DNA from: a bacterium
GTDB lineage: Bacteria; Joyebacterota; Joyebacteria; Joyebacterales; Joyebacteraceae
Reading direction: 5' to 3'
Length of the DNA: 64,000 nucleotides
NCBI GenBank assembly: GCA_025774935.1
Contig: JALGZK010000008.1
Coordinates: forward strand, 17,576-81,575
The position numbers and the translations under genes are program-made. Numbering within the stretch: the first letter of the stretch is position 1; every line of letters starts with the position of its first letter. This document shows positions 10,206-18,831 of this stretch, in pieces. The notes beneath the pieces are model-generated. The model saw only the letters and a list, made by a program, of their open reading frames with translations, ran no database searches and was not told the origin of the DNA.

Positions 10206-10286
10206 CAGTGTGCCCGATGGTTGCGTCCGCGGTCGCGCCTGACGCAGTTCGGCCCGGGCGTCGCCCCGGGCCGGTCGTCCTTCTTC

Positions 10287-10955
10287 CTACAGCATCGGGA
10301 TGCGGTACGCGAAGCTCAGCGCTAGGGTCAGGACGCTCCCGTCGATCGAGTCCTCCAGATCGACGGCCGCGAGTCCGATGTTGGCCTCGTCGAACTTCAC
10401 CATCGCGTACTCGGCCCTGAACTCGATGACCCACCGGTTCGACAGTACGTAGTCGACGCCCCCGTAGAAGAAGGGGCCAATCCCGGAGAGCCTGACGAAG
10501 AGGTCCGAGTCGGTCGGATCGTCTGTCTCGAGGGAGAGCTTGGCCCCGCCGATCCCGATGTACGGCTGCCACCGGTCCTCGTGGAGGAAGATGAAGCGGC
10601 CCCCCGCCCAGAAGATGTCGGTGTCCCAGTCCGTCCCGCCGGCGGAGTGGTTGCTCTGCGCCATGTGGGCCTCGATCGCGATGTTGTCGGAGAACCCGAA
10701 CAGCACTCCGAACCCGAACCCCCACCCGGTGTCGATGCTCTTCGACGAACCCTCCGGCCACTCCGGCGGGTTGTCCTGGTCGGAGTACCCGCTGCCGATC
10801 GGGAACGTGAGACGCGGGAAGTCGCCCGACATCTCGGCCCCCGCCCTCCCGGTGCGCGGGGCGGCGTCCGCGTCCGGCGCGAAGGAGGCCGCGATCGCCA
10901 GCGCGGCGACCGCAACGGCGACTGCGCGCGCGTGTGTCCTATCCGCTCGCTTCAT
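10287..10955 (-). CDS. Small outer-membrane beta-barrel protein
   Basis: I trimmed the start to ATG 10955, giving the signal peptide MKRADRTHARAVAVAVAALAIAASFAPDADA. The sequence shows alternating aromatic/hydrophobic beta-strand patterns. It overlaps the cutA stop by 17 nt, so the start is uncertain. Confidence 0.65.
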   Translation of the reverse strand: MKRADRTHARAVAVAVAALAIAASFAPDADAAPRTGRAGAEMSGDFPRLTFPIGSGYSDQDNPPEWPEGSSKSIDTGWGFGFGVLFGFSDNIAIEAHMAQSNHSAGGTDWDTDIFWAGGRFIFLHEDRWQPYIGIGGAKLSLETDDPTDSDLFVRLSGIGPFFYGGVDYVLSNRWVIEFRAEYAMVKFDEANIGLAAVDLEDSIDGSVLTLALSFAYRIPML

Positions 10956-11262
10956 CCTCGATCCACTTCCCATATTCATCCGTTGTCCCCGCGATCTCGA
11001 GCACCACGATCTCCGGCACGTCGTAGGGGTGGTTCTCCACGAGGAAGTCCCTGAGCCTCTCCACGAGGTCGGTTCGCGTCTTGAACATGCAGAGCCACTC
11101 GACCGACGTGTCGATCGAGTCCTTCCACCAGTAGGTGCTCTCAATTGGCCCCGTGATCTGCCCGCAGGCGGCGAGCCTGGCCTCGACGGCGGCGCGGACG
11201 AGCTCGCGTGCCCTCTTGGGGCCGTCGATGGTCGTCTGGAGTTGAACGAGTGCGGCCGGCAC
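10939..11262 (-). CDS. cutA: Divalent-cation tolerance protein CutA
   Basis: 107 aa with CutA1 blocks (ACGQI.GPIESTYWWKD, HPYDVPEIVVL). Confidence 0.85.
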   Translation of the reverse strand: MPAALVQLQTTIDGPKRARELVRAAVEARLAACGQITGPIESTYWWKDSIDTSVEWLCMFKTRTDLVERLRDFLVENHPYDVPEIVVLEIAGTTDEYGKWIEDEASG

Positions 11263-11363
11263 GGTCGCGGCTCCCGGGCGTGTGTGGGGTCGATTCAGGG
11301 GGCTGGAACGATGCGCCCGTCCCCCCCGAAGGGCGGTGCGGGCGCGTCAGTGTCCGATTGCCT

Positions 11364-12710
11364 CTACAGGAAAATGTACCTCAGTACGAAGAGCCCTGCA
11401 AGGACATAGACCAGCCAGTGGACCGAGCGGGCCTTACCGGAGACGGCTTTGATGACCGCGTAGCCGATGAACCCGATCGCGAGCCCGTGGGCGATGCTGG
11501 AGGTGAGCGGCATCACGATGATCGTGAGGAACGCGGGGATCGCGTCCGAGTAGTCGTCCCAGTCGATCCTCGTCACGCACTTCATCATGAGGCAGCCGAC
11601 GACGATGAGCGCGGGCGCGGTGACCGGGTGGAGGAGCGCGCCCGTCGCGCTCGCGTGGCCCCCGCCGAACATCTCCGCCAGCGGCGAGAAGAAGAGCGCG
11701 ACCAGGAAGAGCGCGGCGGTCGCGAGGTTCGCGAGACCCGTCCGGCCTCCGGCCACGACGCCCGCGACGCTCTCGACGTAGCTCGTCGTCGTCGACGTCC
11801 CGACGGCGGCGCCGACCATCGTCCCGATCGAATCGGTCGCGAGCGCCTGGTTCACCCTGGGGAGCTTCCCTTCCTTCATGAACCCGGCGCGCTCGCCGAC
11901 CCCGATGAGCGTGCCCACCGTGTCGAACATGTCGAAGAACAGGAGCACGAAGATCGGCGCCAGATACTCGACCCTGAGAGCCGCGAGCGGCCGCATCTTC
12001 AGGAACGTGGGCTCCATGCTCGGGAGCGCCAGGACCCCTGTGAACCGGATGAGCCCGGTCGCGAGCCCGGCGGCCCCCGTGACGAGGATCCCCCAGAAGA
12101 TCGCGCCCCGCACCTTCGCCGCCATGAGCGCCGACGTCACGAGGAGGCCGAAGAGCGCCAGCAGGACCGGGGGCTCCCTCAGGTTCCCGAGCGCCAGGTA
12201 CGAGCCCGGATCCGCCTGGATGATCCCGGAGTCCTTGAGCCCGAGGAACGCGATGAAGACGCCGATCCCCGCAGCGGTCGCGTACTTCAGGGGCTGCGGG
12301 ATCGCCGTCACGATCATCTCCCGCACGCGCACGACCGTGAGGACGGTGAAGACGACCCCCGAGATGAACACGATCCCGAGCGCGACCTGCCACGGGACGC
12401 CCATCGCGCCGCAGATGGTGAAGCTGAAGTAGGCGTTCAGCCCCATCCCCGGAGCGAGCGCGATCGGGTAGTTCGCGAGGAACGCCATGAGTATGGTCGC
12501 GATCGCGGAGGCGACGCACGTCGCGGCCATGACGGAGCGGAAGTCCATCGCCGCGCCCCCTGGCGCCGACAGGAGTCCGGGGTTCACGAAGATGATGTAG
12601 GCCATCGCCATGAACGTCGTCGCGCCCGCGAGGAGTTCGGTCCGGACGGTCGTCCGGTTCTCGGTGAGCTTGAAGAGCCGTTCCAGCATGGCGTCCTCCG
12701 TCCTCAGCAT
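11364..12710 (-). CDS. NCS2-family purine (adenine/guanine/hypoxanthine) permease
   Basis: 448 aa and polytopic. The N-terminus MLERLFKLTENRTTVRTELLAGATTFMAMAYIIFVNP is typical of AzgA/PbuG-type permeases. The start could instead be the ATG at 12689. Confidence 0.9.
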   Translation of the reverse strand: MLRTEDAMLERLFKLTENRTTVRTELLAGATTFMAMAYIIFVNPGLLSAPGGAAMDFRSVMAATCVASAIATILMAFLANYPIALAPGMGLNAYFSFTICGAMGVPWQVALGIVFISGVVFTVLTVVRVREMIVTAIPQPLKYATAAGIGVFIAFLGLKDSGIIQADPGSYLALGNLREPPVLLALFGLLVTSALMAAKVRGAIFWGILVTGAAGLATGLIRFTGVLALPSMEPTFLKMRPLAALRVEYLAPIFVLLFFDMFDTVGTLIGVGERAGFMKEGKLPRVNQALATDSIGTMVGAAVGTSTTTSYVESVAGVVAGGRTGLANLATAALFLVALFFSPLAEMFGGGHASATGALLHPVTAPALIVVGCLMMKCVTRIDWDDYSDAIPAFLTIIVMPLTSSIAHGLAIGFIGYAVIKAVSGKARSVHWLVYVLAGLFVLRYIFL

Positions 12711-12946
12711 GACAGGTGTCGTGCCTGGCGGTCGCAGCGCCTGCCGCGACGGCGCCCGCGGCGTTCGCGGGCAGTATATGGAGGACGGTGGCGTTCCGAC
12801 AAGTGGAAAGCGGACGGCCCGCCGGTCGCTGGGCCGCCCGCCTACCGAGGGAGGGCGAATCGTCGTGATCCTGCTCGATCACCTCAAAGGGCGCCCGGAG
12901 TCACCGCGGTGCCAACGGCGGCTCCAGGCGCCAGGGGGTCCGATCC

Positions 12947-13708
12947 TTACATCGAATTCGGGTCGACGCCGGGGTGAATCTCGTGGATGTCGATGGAGCC
13001 GTGTTCCTCGTCGTCGTGGTCTTCTTCGTGATCCATGTCCATCTCATCGTCGATGTGCATCTCGATGATGTGCCTCGTGCCGGGCTCGCCCATCATGCCG
13101 CCCATGCCGCAGCCCATCTTGCCCATCATCCTGTGGCCCATCATGCCGCCGCCCATGCCGCAGCCGCCCTTGCCGCCGGTGCCGCAACCCATCCGGCCGC
13201 CCATCATGCCGCCGCAGCCGCCGTGTCCCTTGCCGTGGCCCTTGCCGCCAGCCACGAGATCGCAGAGCTTCATGCAGAGACCGGCGTCGAAGATGGTCTT
13301 CTGGTCCTTGTCGAGGAGCCCGCGGATCTCCTGGTGCTGCTTCAGGCGGAGTTTGACCCTGTCGGTGTGGACCTTCGCGAAGTCGTCGATCTTCTTCTCG
13401 ATGGCCTTGAAGTCGGGCTCGTCCGCGGTGAGGAGCTCCGTCATCTCGATGTTCATCGCCTTCGCTCTGTTCGCGAGGGCGACCCTCTGCGCTTCGTACT
13501 TCTCCTTGATGGCGCCGATCTGCTCCTTCTGCTCGGCCGTGAACTCGGGCATCATGCCCTTGCCGCAACCACCCTTGCCGTAACCGCCCTTGCCGTCGAC
13601 GACGCACATGCGCTTCTCGACGACGCGCTGGGCGACGGCAGGGGCCGCGACGAGCCCGGTGATCGCTACGGTCAGCACGACCGCGATGAGGATGCTCTTC
13701 GTTCTCAT
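12947..13708 (-). CDS. Periplasmic Spy/CpxP/ZraP-family protein with Gly/Met/Cys/His-rich metal-binding-like tail
   Basis: I trimmed the start to ATG 13708, giving the signal peptide MRTKSILIAVVLTVAITGLVAAPAVA. The helical LTxxQ-like core contains FTAEQKEQIGAIKEKYE and LLDKDQKTIF. It has GKGGCGKG and MGGMMGHRMMGKMGCGMGGMMG repeats and an acidic His-rich end (DHEEDHDDEEHGSIDIHEIH). Confidence 0.75.
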   Translation of the reverse strand: MRTKSILIAVVLTVAITGLVAAPAVAQRVVEKRMCVVDGKGGYGKGGCGKGMMPEFTAEQKEQIGAIKEKYEAQRVALANRAKAMNIEMTELLTADEPDFKAIEKKIDDFAKVHTDRVKLRLKQHQEIRGLLDKDQKTIFDAGLCMKLCDLVAGGKGHGKGHGGCGGMMGGRMGCGTGGKGGCGMGGGMMGHRMMGKMGCGMGGMMGEPGTRHIIEMHIDDEMDMDHEEDHDDEEHGSIDIHEIHPGVDPNSM

Positions 13709-13841
13709 GACCTTCTCCCTTACTGGTGGTCGGGTCCCCCGTCTCCCTACTCCTGCCCGACCCTTCTCACACTCTGTCTGATGGACGTCTTCTGTCTTCG
13801 ATTCGGTGAACTCGTTCCGTCGTTCGCACACCCCCCATTCG

Positions 13842-13857
13842 AGCAACCGGTATGCCA
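13842..13857 (-). promoter_or_regulatory. Sigma-54 (-24/-12) promoter for the ZraP-like gene
   Basis: The minus strand reads TGGCAT-ACCGG-TTGCT, with exact GG-N10-GC spacing. It lies ~134 nt upstream of the ATG at 13708 and just downstream of a sigma-54 activator gene. Confidence 0.7.
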
Positions 13858-13972
13858 GCTTCGGTCGCGCCCGTTCCGGTTTCTTGCGAGAGCGACAACG
13901 AGCGTCCGGACTTCACCTTACGCGAGCGTGCGGTGCCGCCGGGGGCCGCCGGTCGTCCTCGGACGCGGCCGC

Positions 13973-14013
13973 CGGTGCGCAGGTCGTTCCCAGAGACCAC
14001 CAGCGGTGCGCAG
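13973..14013 (-). promoter_or_regulatory. Candidate enhancer (UAS): 10-bp direct repeat CGGTGCGCAG x2
   Basis: Identical 10-mers occur at 13973-13982 and 14004-14013, 31 bp start to start. They lie ~120-155 bp upstream of the -24/-12 element. Confidence 0.25.
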
Positions 14014-14039
14014 ATTCTTCACACCCCGCGCTGGCCTCG

Positions 14040-15380
14040 CTAGAGATCGATCCCGTACTCCTTGATCTTGTTCTGGAGGGTCCGCCTGGCGATCCCGAGG
14101 ATCTCGGCCGCGCGCGTGCGGTTGCCTTCGGTCTGTTTGAGGGTCTTCACGATGATGTCGCGCTCGACCTCGCGGATGGTCTTGCCCTCCCCGATGCTGT
14201 CGGCGTCGCCCTCCCCTCCCGCCGCCCGAACCTTCGCAGGAAGATGCTCGGGGAAGACGGTCTCGCCGCGGGAGAGGACGATCGCGCGCTGGATGGCGTT
14301 CTCGAGCTCGCGGACGTTGCCCGGCCAGTCGTAGTTGAGGGCCAGGCGCATGGCCTTCGGTGACATCTTCTTGGGCTTCGTGCCCTGCGAGTGGAGCCTG
14401 AGGAAGTGCTCTACCAGAAGCGGGACGTCCTCGGAGCGGTCGCGGAGGGGCGGAATCGTTATCGACACGACGTTCAGCCTGAAGAACAGGTCCTCTCGGA
14501 ACCGGCCCTCGGCGACCTCAGCCTCGAGGTCCTTGTTGGTCGCGGCGACAACGCGGACGTCGACGGTGATGTCGTTCCCTCCGCCGACGTGCTGGAACGT
14601 GTGGTCCTGCAGGAACCGGAGGAGCTTCGCCTGGAGCGCCGACGACATGTCCCCGATCTCGTCGAGAAAGACCGTCCCGCCGGAGGCGAGCTCGAACCGT
14701 CCCTTCTTCTGGCGGACCGCGCCAGTGAACGCGCCGCGCTCGTGACCGAAGAGCTCGCTCTCGAGGAGCCCCTCGGGGATCGCGGAGCAGTTGACCGCGA
14801 CGAACGGCTTGCGCGCTCGGTTCCCGGAACGGTGGATCTCCTGCGCGACGACCTCCTTGCCCGTCCCGCTCTCGCCGAGAAGGAGGACGCTCGCGTCGCT
14901 GTCCGCGACGCGGTGCGCGACCTCGATGACCTCGCGGAACCCTTCGCTCGCGCCGATGACGCCCCTCGACGGCTCCGCTTCCTCCTCCGCGCTCTCGTCC
15001 GGGGCCGCCGACGCCTCGGCGAACCTCGCGATCACACGGCGCACCTCGTCGATGTCTATGGGCTTGGTGATGTAGTCGAACGCCCCGAGCTTGAGCGTCT
15101 TCACCGCCGTCTCGACCGACGCGTACGCCGTCATCATCACGACCCCGGTCTGGGGCGCGAGCTCGACCATCTGCTCGAGCGCCTGGACTCCGTCGATCCC
15201 GGGCATCCGGATGTCCATGATCACCAGGTCGTGGTAGCCGGACCTGAGCTTCTCGACCGCGGACTCGCCGTCGGGAGCCGTCTCGATCTCGTGCCCGTCC
15301 TCCTCGAGCACGGCCGTCAGGAGCTGGCGCACGCTCGACTGGTCGTCGACGACGAGTATCCGGAGCCGTCCGGCTTCCAT
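14040..15380 (-). CDS. NtrC-family sigma-54-dependent response regulator (ZraR/AtoC-like)
   Basis: Receiver domain (ILVVDDQ...DLVIMDIRMPG), AAA+ domain (GESGTGKEVVA, canonical GAFTGA, FLDEIGDM) and a C-terminal Fis-type HTH. Confidence 0.92.
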   Translation of the reverse strand: MEAGRLRILVVDDQSSVRQLLTAVLEEDGHEIETAPDGESAVEKLRSGYHDLVIMDIRMPGIDGVQALEQMVELAPQTGVVMMTAYASVETAVKTLKLGAFDYITKPIDIDEVRRVIARFAEASAAPDESAEEEAEPSRGVIGASEGFREVIEVAHRVADSDASVLLLGESGTGKEVVAQEIHRSGNRARKPFVAVNCSAIPEGLLESELFGHERGAFTGAVRQKKGRFELASGGTVFLDEIGDMSSALQAKLLRFLQDHTFQHVGGGNDITVDVRVVAATNKDLEAEVAEGRFREDLFFRLNVVSITIPPLRDRSEDVPLLVEHFLRLHSQGTKPKKMSPKAMRLALNYDWPGNVRELENAIQRAIVLSRGETVFPEHLPAKVRAAGGEGDADSIGEGKTIREVERDIIVKTLKQTEGNRTRAAEILGIARRTLQNKIKEYGIDL

Positions 15381-17164
15381 CAGGCCTCCTTCGGGGCTCC
15401 CGCGGAGGGGAGCCGGATCGTGAACGTCGTGCCCTCGCCCTTCGCGCTCGACACGGAGATGTGCCCCCCGTTCCTCTCGACGATCCTCGAGACGATCGTG
15501 AGACCGAGCCCCGTCCCTTCCGGCTTCGTCGTGAAGAACGGGTCGTACAGCTTGCCGAGCTCCTCGTCGGTCATCCCCGCGCCGGTGTCGGAGACGGAAA
15601 CCGCTACCTCGCCACCCGCGATCTTTGTCTCGACCGAGAGCCTGCCCCCGCCCGACATCGCCTCGATCGCGTTCAGGATGACGTTCAGGACCGCCTGCTT
15701 GATCTGCCCGGGGTCGACGAGGGCGTCGGGAAGCTCGCTCCCGAGCGCCGCGGCGAGTTCGACCTTCCGGAACTGCGCGTCCTCGGAGACGAGAGAGATC
15801 ACCTCCCCGACGACGTCGTTGACGTCGGATGGTCTCCGGTCGGGCGCGACGGGCTTCGCGAAGTCGAGGAGCTCTTGGACGACGCGGTCGAGGCGCTCGA
15901 CCTCCTCGATCATGATGTCGGCGTATCGCTCTTCCTGCGAGCCGGGCGTGAACTTGCTGCGCAGGAACTGCGCGAACCCCTTGAGGGAGCTCAGGGGGTT
16001 GCGGACCTCGTGCGCGACGCCGGCCGCCAGACGGCCGAGCGAGGCCAGGTGCCGCTCGCGCTCGACCTCCTCCTTCAGGGCCTCCATCTCCCGCAGGTCC
16101 TGGAAGAGGACGACGGTCCCCGACCTCTCACCGTCCTCGTCGGTGAGCGACGACGCGGCGAGCGCCACTGGGATCGCGTCGCCCCGGCCGCCGATCCTCG
16201 CCTCGGTCTCGAACGTGTCGTCGGCGCCGCCCATCACGCCGTGGACGCCGGCGCGGTCGCCGTCCGCGTCGAACGTCACGACCTCGTCGAACGCCTTCCC
16301 CTCGACGTCGTCGCGGGCGAGCCCGAGCAGGGACCTCGCTCGGGTGTTCACCGTCACTACGCGCGCGTCGGAGTCCACCGAGACGAGCCCGCTTCCCATG
16401 CTCTCGATCACGTTCGTCGTGTACGAGCGCATGTTCGCCAGCGCGGTCCGCACCGAACGGTAGTGCGCCATCAGGAACAGGAAATAGATCGCGATCCCGC
16501 CGACCAGAAGGAGGATGCCCGACATCATGAACGTGTGGTTCCTCGATGCGAGGAACGCGGCCTCGAGCTCGGACGCGTCGAGACCGACGACCATGAACAG
16601 GTCGACCGGGGCGCCAGGCGGGACCGGCGTGCTGAGGAGGCTCCTCAGACGCTCGTGGATGATCTCCTCGGCCTGGATCCGGAAGAGGGACGGCGGACGG
16701 AACCTCGGGCCGCGCCTCGGGAGAGCGCGGAGGAGGGACGCGTACTCGTGGACGTTTCGCCCGTCTTCCTCGGACACGATGCTCGCCATCCGCCGGTCCT
16801 CGGGCGCGGCCAGGAGGACCTCGCGACCCGCCCAGATGGTGCCGACCCGCTCGGGATCGCTGTGCGAGACGATCGTTCCGTCCACGTCGACGATGCCGAT
16901 GTGCGCGATCTCCTCGTGCTCCGCCGCCTGCTGGAGCATGAGGTCGAGCCGCGTGCGGTCCCAGTCGGGCGCCAGGAGGCTCGCCCGGAAGGCGCCCCCG
17001 AGCGACCCGATCGCGAGGCGCGCCTGCCGGCTGAGGACGTCCTCGACCTGCCGCCTCCCCCGCTCGATGTCGCGGAAGGACGTGAAGCCGACGACGAGGG
17101 CGACCATGATGATGCCAACGACGATGGAGGTGATCGGAAGGTAGCTCGACCTCTTCGCGGGCAT
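15380..17164 (-). CDS. Sensor histidine kinase (periplasmic sensor-HAMP-PAS-HisKA-HATPase)
   Basis: I trimmed the start to ATG 17164. It has two TM segments, an H-box (GVAHEVRNPLSS), and N/G boxes (NAIEAM, DTGAGM, GTGLGL). Its stop overlaps the regulator's start codon by 1 nt. Confidence 0.9.
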   Translation of the reverse strand: MPAKRSSYLPITSIVVGIIMVALVVGFTSFRDIERGRRQVEDVLSRQARLAIGSLGGAFRASLLAPDWDRTRLDLMLQQAAEHEEIAHIGIVDVDGTIVSHSDPERVGTIWAGREVLLAAPEDRRMASIVSEEDGRNVHEYASLLRALPRRGPRFRPPSLFRIQAEEIIHERLRSLLSTPVPPGAPVDLFMVVGLDASELEAAFLASRNHTFMMSGILLLVGGIAIYFLFLMAHYRSVRTALANMRSYTTNVIESMGSGLVSVDSDARVVTVNTRARSLLGLARDDVEGKAFDEVVTFDADGDRAGVHGVMGGADDTFETEARIGGRGDAIPVALAASSLTDEDGERSGTVVLFQDLREMEALKEEVERERHLASLGRLAAGVAHEVRNPLSSLKGFAQFLRSKFTPGSQEERYADIMIEEVERLDRVVQELLDFAKPVAPDRRPSDVNDVVGEVISLVSEDAQFRKVELAAALGSELPDALVDPGQIKQAVLNVILNAIEAMSGGGRLSVETKIAGGEVAVSVSDTGAGMTDEELGKLYDPFFTTKPEGTGLGLTIVSRIVERNGGHISVSSAKGEGTTFTIRLPSAGAPKEA

Positions 17165-17308
17165 GCACGCGGCTCCGTGGCGGCGGAGACCCGCGGCCGC
17201 GGGTCCCCTGACTGAACGGGCGTTCTCTTCATTAGACACCACGCGGCGAGCCGAGAGCAAGAGCAAAGCCGGAAGGAGGAGCGAAGCCGGGCGCGGGTGT
17301 CGCGGGCG

Positions 17309-18169
17309 TCAGTACTCGCCGAGCGTGCCCGCGCGCCTCGCGTGGCGATATCCCCACCCGAGCGTGAGGAGCCCGGCCACGAGCGCGGCCGATGCCGTGA
17401 GACCGAGGAGGACGAGCGGACGGACGAGGGACGCCGGGTCGTGGTATCCGGAGAGACCGGCGCGGGCGACGCGGAGGGCGTGCGTGGTGGGAATGAGGGC
17501 GGAGAGCCCCCGGAGCCACGGCGGGAGGATGTCGACTGGGAAGTAGACGCCGCCCAGGAGGCCGGCCGCCGCGCCGAACACCCACGAGACGGGCTCGCCT
17601 TCCTTGGAGACAAGGATGACTCCCGCTGAGACGAGCCCGAAGCCGCACATCGCCGCCGCGTAGAGCACGACGGCCGCCACCGCGGCCAGCGAGAGGCAGA
17701 GCCGAACATCGAGAACGGCCGAGGCGAGAGCCAGAAGCGCCGCTCCTCCCGCGCCTGCGATCGCGAGTTCGCCGAGCCCCGACAGAACCAGGAGCGCCGG
17801 GACCGGGACGCGCGACGTCACGAGGAGCTCGAGCGTACCCTGAAGCTGCTCCCTTCTCACGGTCGCGCGGAACGACGACAGCCCGGCGGCGGCGATGCCG
17901 TGGACGATGACGCCGACGATCACGAACGACGTGTAGCTCGTCCCGTACCGGTCGAGGAACCCGCTGCCGGCGGCGTCGACGACGCGGCCCACGAACGAGA
18001 AAGTGACGAGCGAGAGGACGAGCGACGCGAGCCCGAGCGAGAGCTTCGCCCGGTAGCTCGCGTAGGTCGCAGCGCTCCTGACGACGAACGCCCACGCGAC
18101 GCGGAGGACGGCCGCGAGGGTGGAACCTCTCCAGAGGGCGAGCGCGTCGCCGTGCCCGGCGGCGCTCAC
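17309..18169 (-). CDS. ABC-2-type transporter permease
   Basis: The GTG start at 18169 overlaps the ATPase stop (GTGA). The ~286-aa product has about six hydrophobic helices. Confidence 0.8.
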   Translation of the reverse strand: MSAAGHGDALALWRGSTLAAVLRVAWAFVVRSAATYASYRAKLSLGLASLVLSLVTFSFVGRVVDAAGSGFLDRYGTSYTSFVIVGVIVHGIAAAGLSSFRATVRREQLQGTLELLVTSRVPVPALLVLSGLGELAIAGAGGAALLALASAVLDVRLCLSLAAVAAVVLYAAAMCGFGLVSAGVILVSKEGEPVSWVFGAAAGLLGGVYFPVDILPPWLRGLSALIPTTHALRVARAGLSGYHDPASLVRPLVLLGLTASAALVAGLLTLGWGYRHARRAGTLGEY

Positions 18170-18831
18170 GACCGCATCCCGCTGCCGATGCGGACGACGC
18201 TGTCGCAGCTGGAAGCCTCGGCGAGATCGTGCGTCGCGAGGAGGACCGTGCCGCCGCGCGCTGCCCATCGTGCGAACGCGCGCCGGAGGAGCGTCCGGCC
18301 ATGCGCGTCGACCGACGCGAACGGTTCGTCGAGAACGAGGATCCGGGGCCGAGCGATCATCGCCCGCGCGACCGACAGCCGGGCGAGCGCTCCCCGCGAC
18401 AGCCTCCTCGTGGGCACGCCGAGGCACGCGACGAGTCCGAGCTCGTCGGCCACGCTCTCGATCGCGAGCGCGATCCTCTTTCTCGGGACGTTTTCGAGAG
18501 TCGCGAAGAAAGCGAGGTTGTGGCGCGCCGTGAGCCGCCAGTAGAACGACCGCTTGGTGCCGAGGGAGACGCCGATCATCCTGCGAACGTGCAGGGACTC
18601 CGAGACGACGTTGTGCCCCGCCACCATCGCGAGACCCTCGGTCGGCTCCACGAGCGTCGCGACGATTTTGAGCGCGGTGGTCTTACCGGCGCCGTTCGGT
18701 CCGACGAGCGCCGAGGTCTCACCCGCACCGACGGATAGAGAGAAGGGCGCCAGCGCTTCGGCGGGGCGCCCGCTCTTGCGGTAGACCTTGCGGACGTCCT
18801 CGAGCCTGACCGCGTCGGCGCTGCGGCTCAC
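18166..18831 (-). CDS. ABC transporter ATP-binding protein
   Basis: The GTG start at 18831 overlaps the FG-GAP stop (GTGA). It has Walker A GPNGAGKTT, signature LSRGALARL and Walker B ILVLDEP. Confidence 0.9.
   Translation of the reverse strand: MSRSADAVRLEDVRKVYRKSGRPAEALAPFSLSVGAGETSALVGPNGAGKTTALKIVATLVEPTEGLAMVAGHNVVSESLHVRRMIGVSLGTKRSFYWRLTARHNLAFFATLENVPRKRIALAIESVADELGLVACLGVPTRRLSRGALARLSVARAMIARPRILVLDEPFASVDAHGRTLLRRAFARWAARGGTVLLATHDLAEASSCDSVVRIGSGMRS

Noticed and set aside
10206-11363. tRNA-like GGGGTCGATTCAGGGGG at ~11287-11303 and hairpins in the cutA/permease intergenic region
   Set aside because: The putative T-stem halves are not complementary (TGGGG versus AGGGG) and no cloverleaf can be built. 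The nearby extended GC hairpin (11313-11345) lacks a U-tract, so I did not call it a terminator.
12711-12946. Possible purine riboswitch upstream of the NCS2 purine permease
   Set aside because: The conserved junction and loop elements of guanine/adenine riboswitches (UAUAAU..., GAUAUGG, GUUUCUACC, CCGUAAAUG) are absent. Only generic GC hairpins are present, for example GCCCGCG, loop AACGC, CGCGGGC.
13080-13260. Repetitive CATGCCGCC / GCCCATCAT nucleotide words, considered as a possible repeat array
   Set aside because: They are the antisense of in-frame Met/Gly/His/Cys codons of the ZraP-like tail, so this is coding low complexity. There is no repeat-spacer periodicity. Similarly, the poly-Gly tail of DUF2207 at 4905-4980 is coding low complexity.
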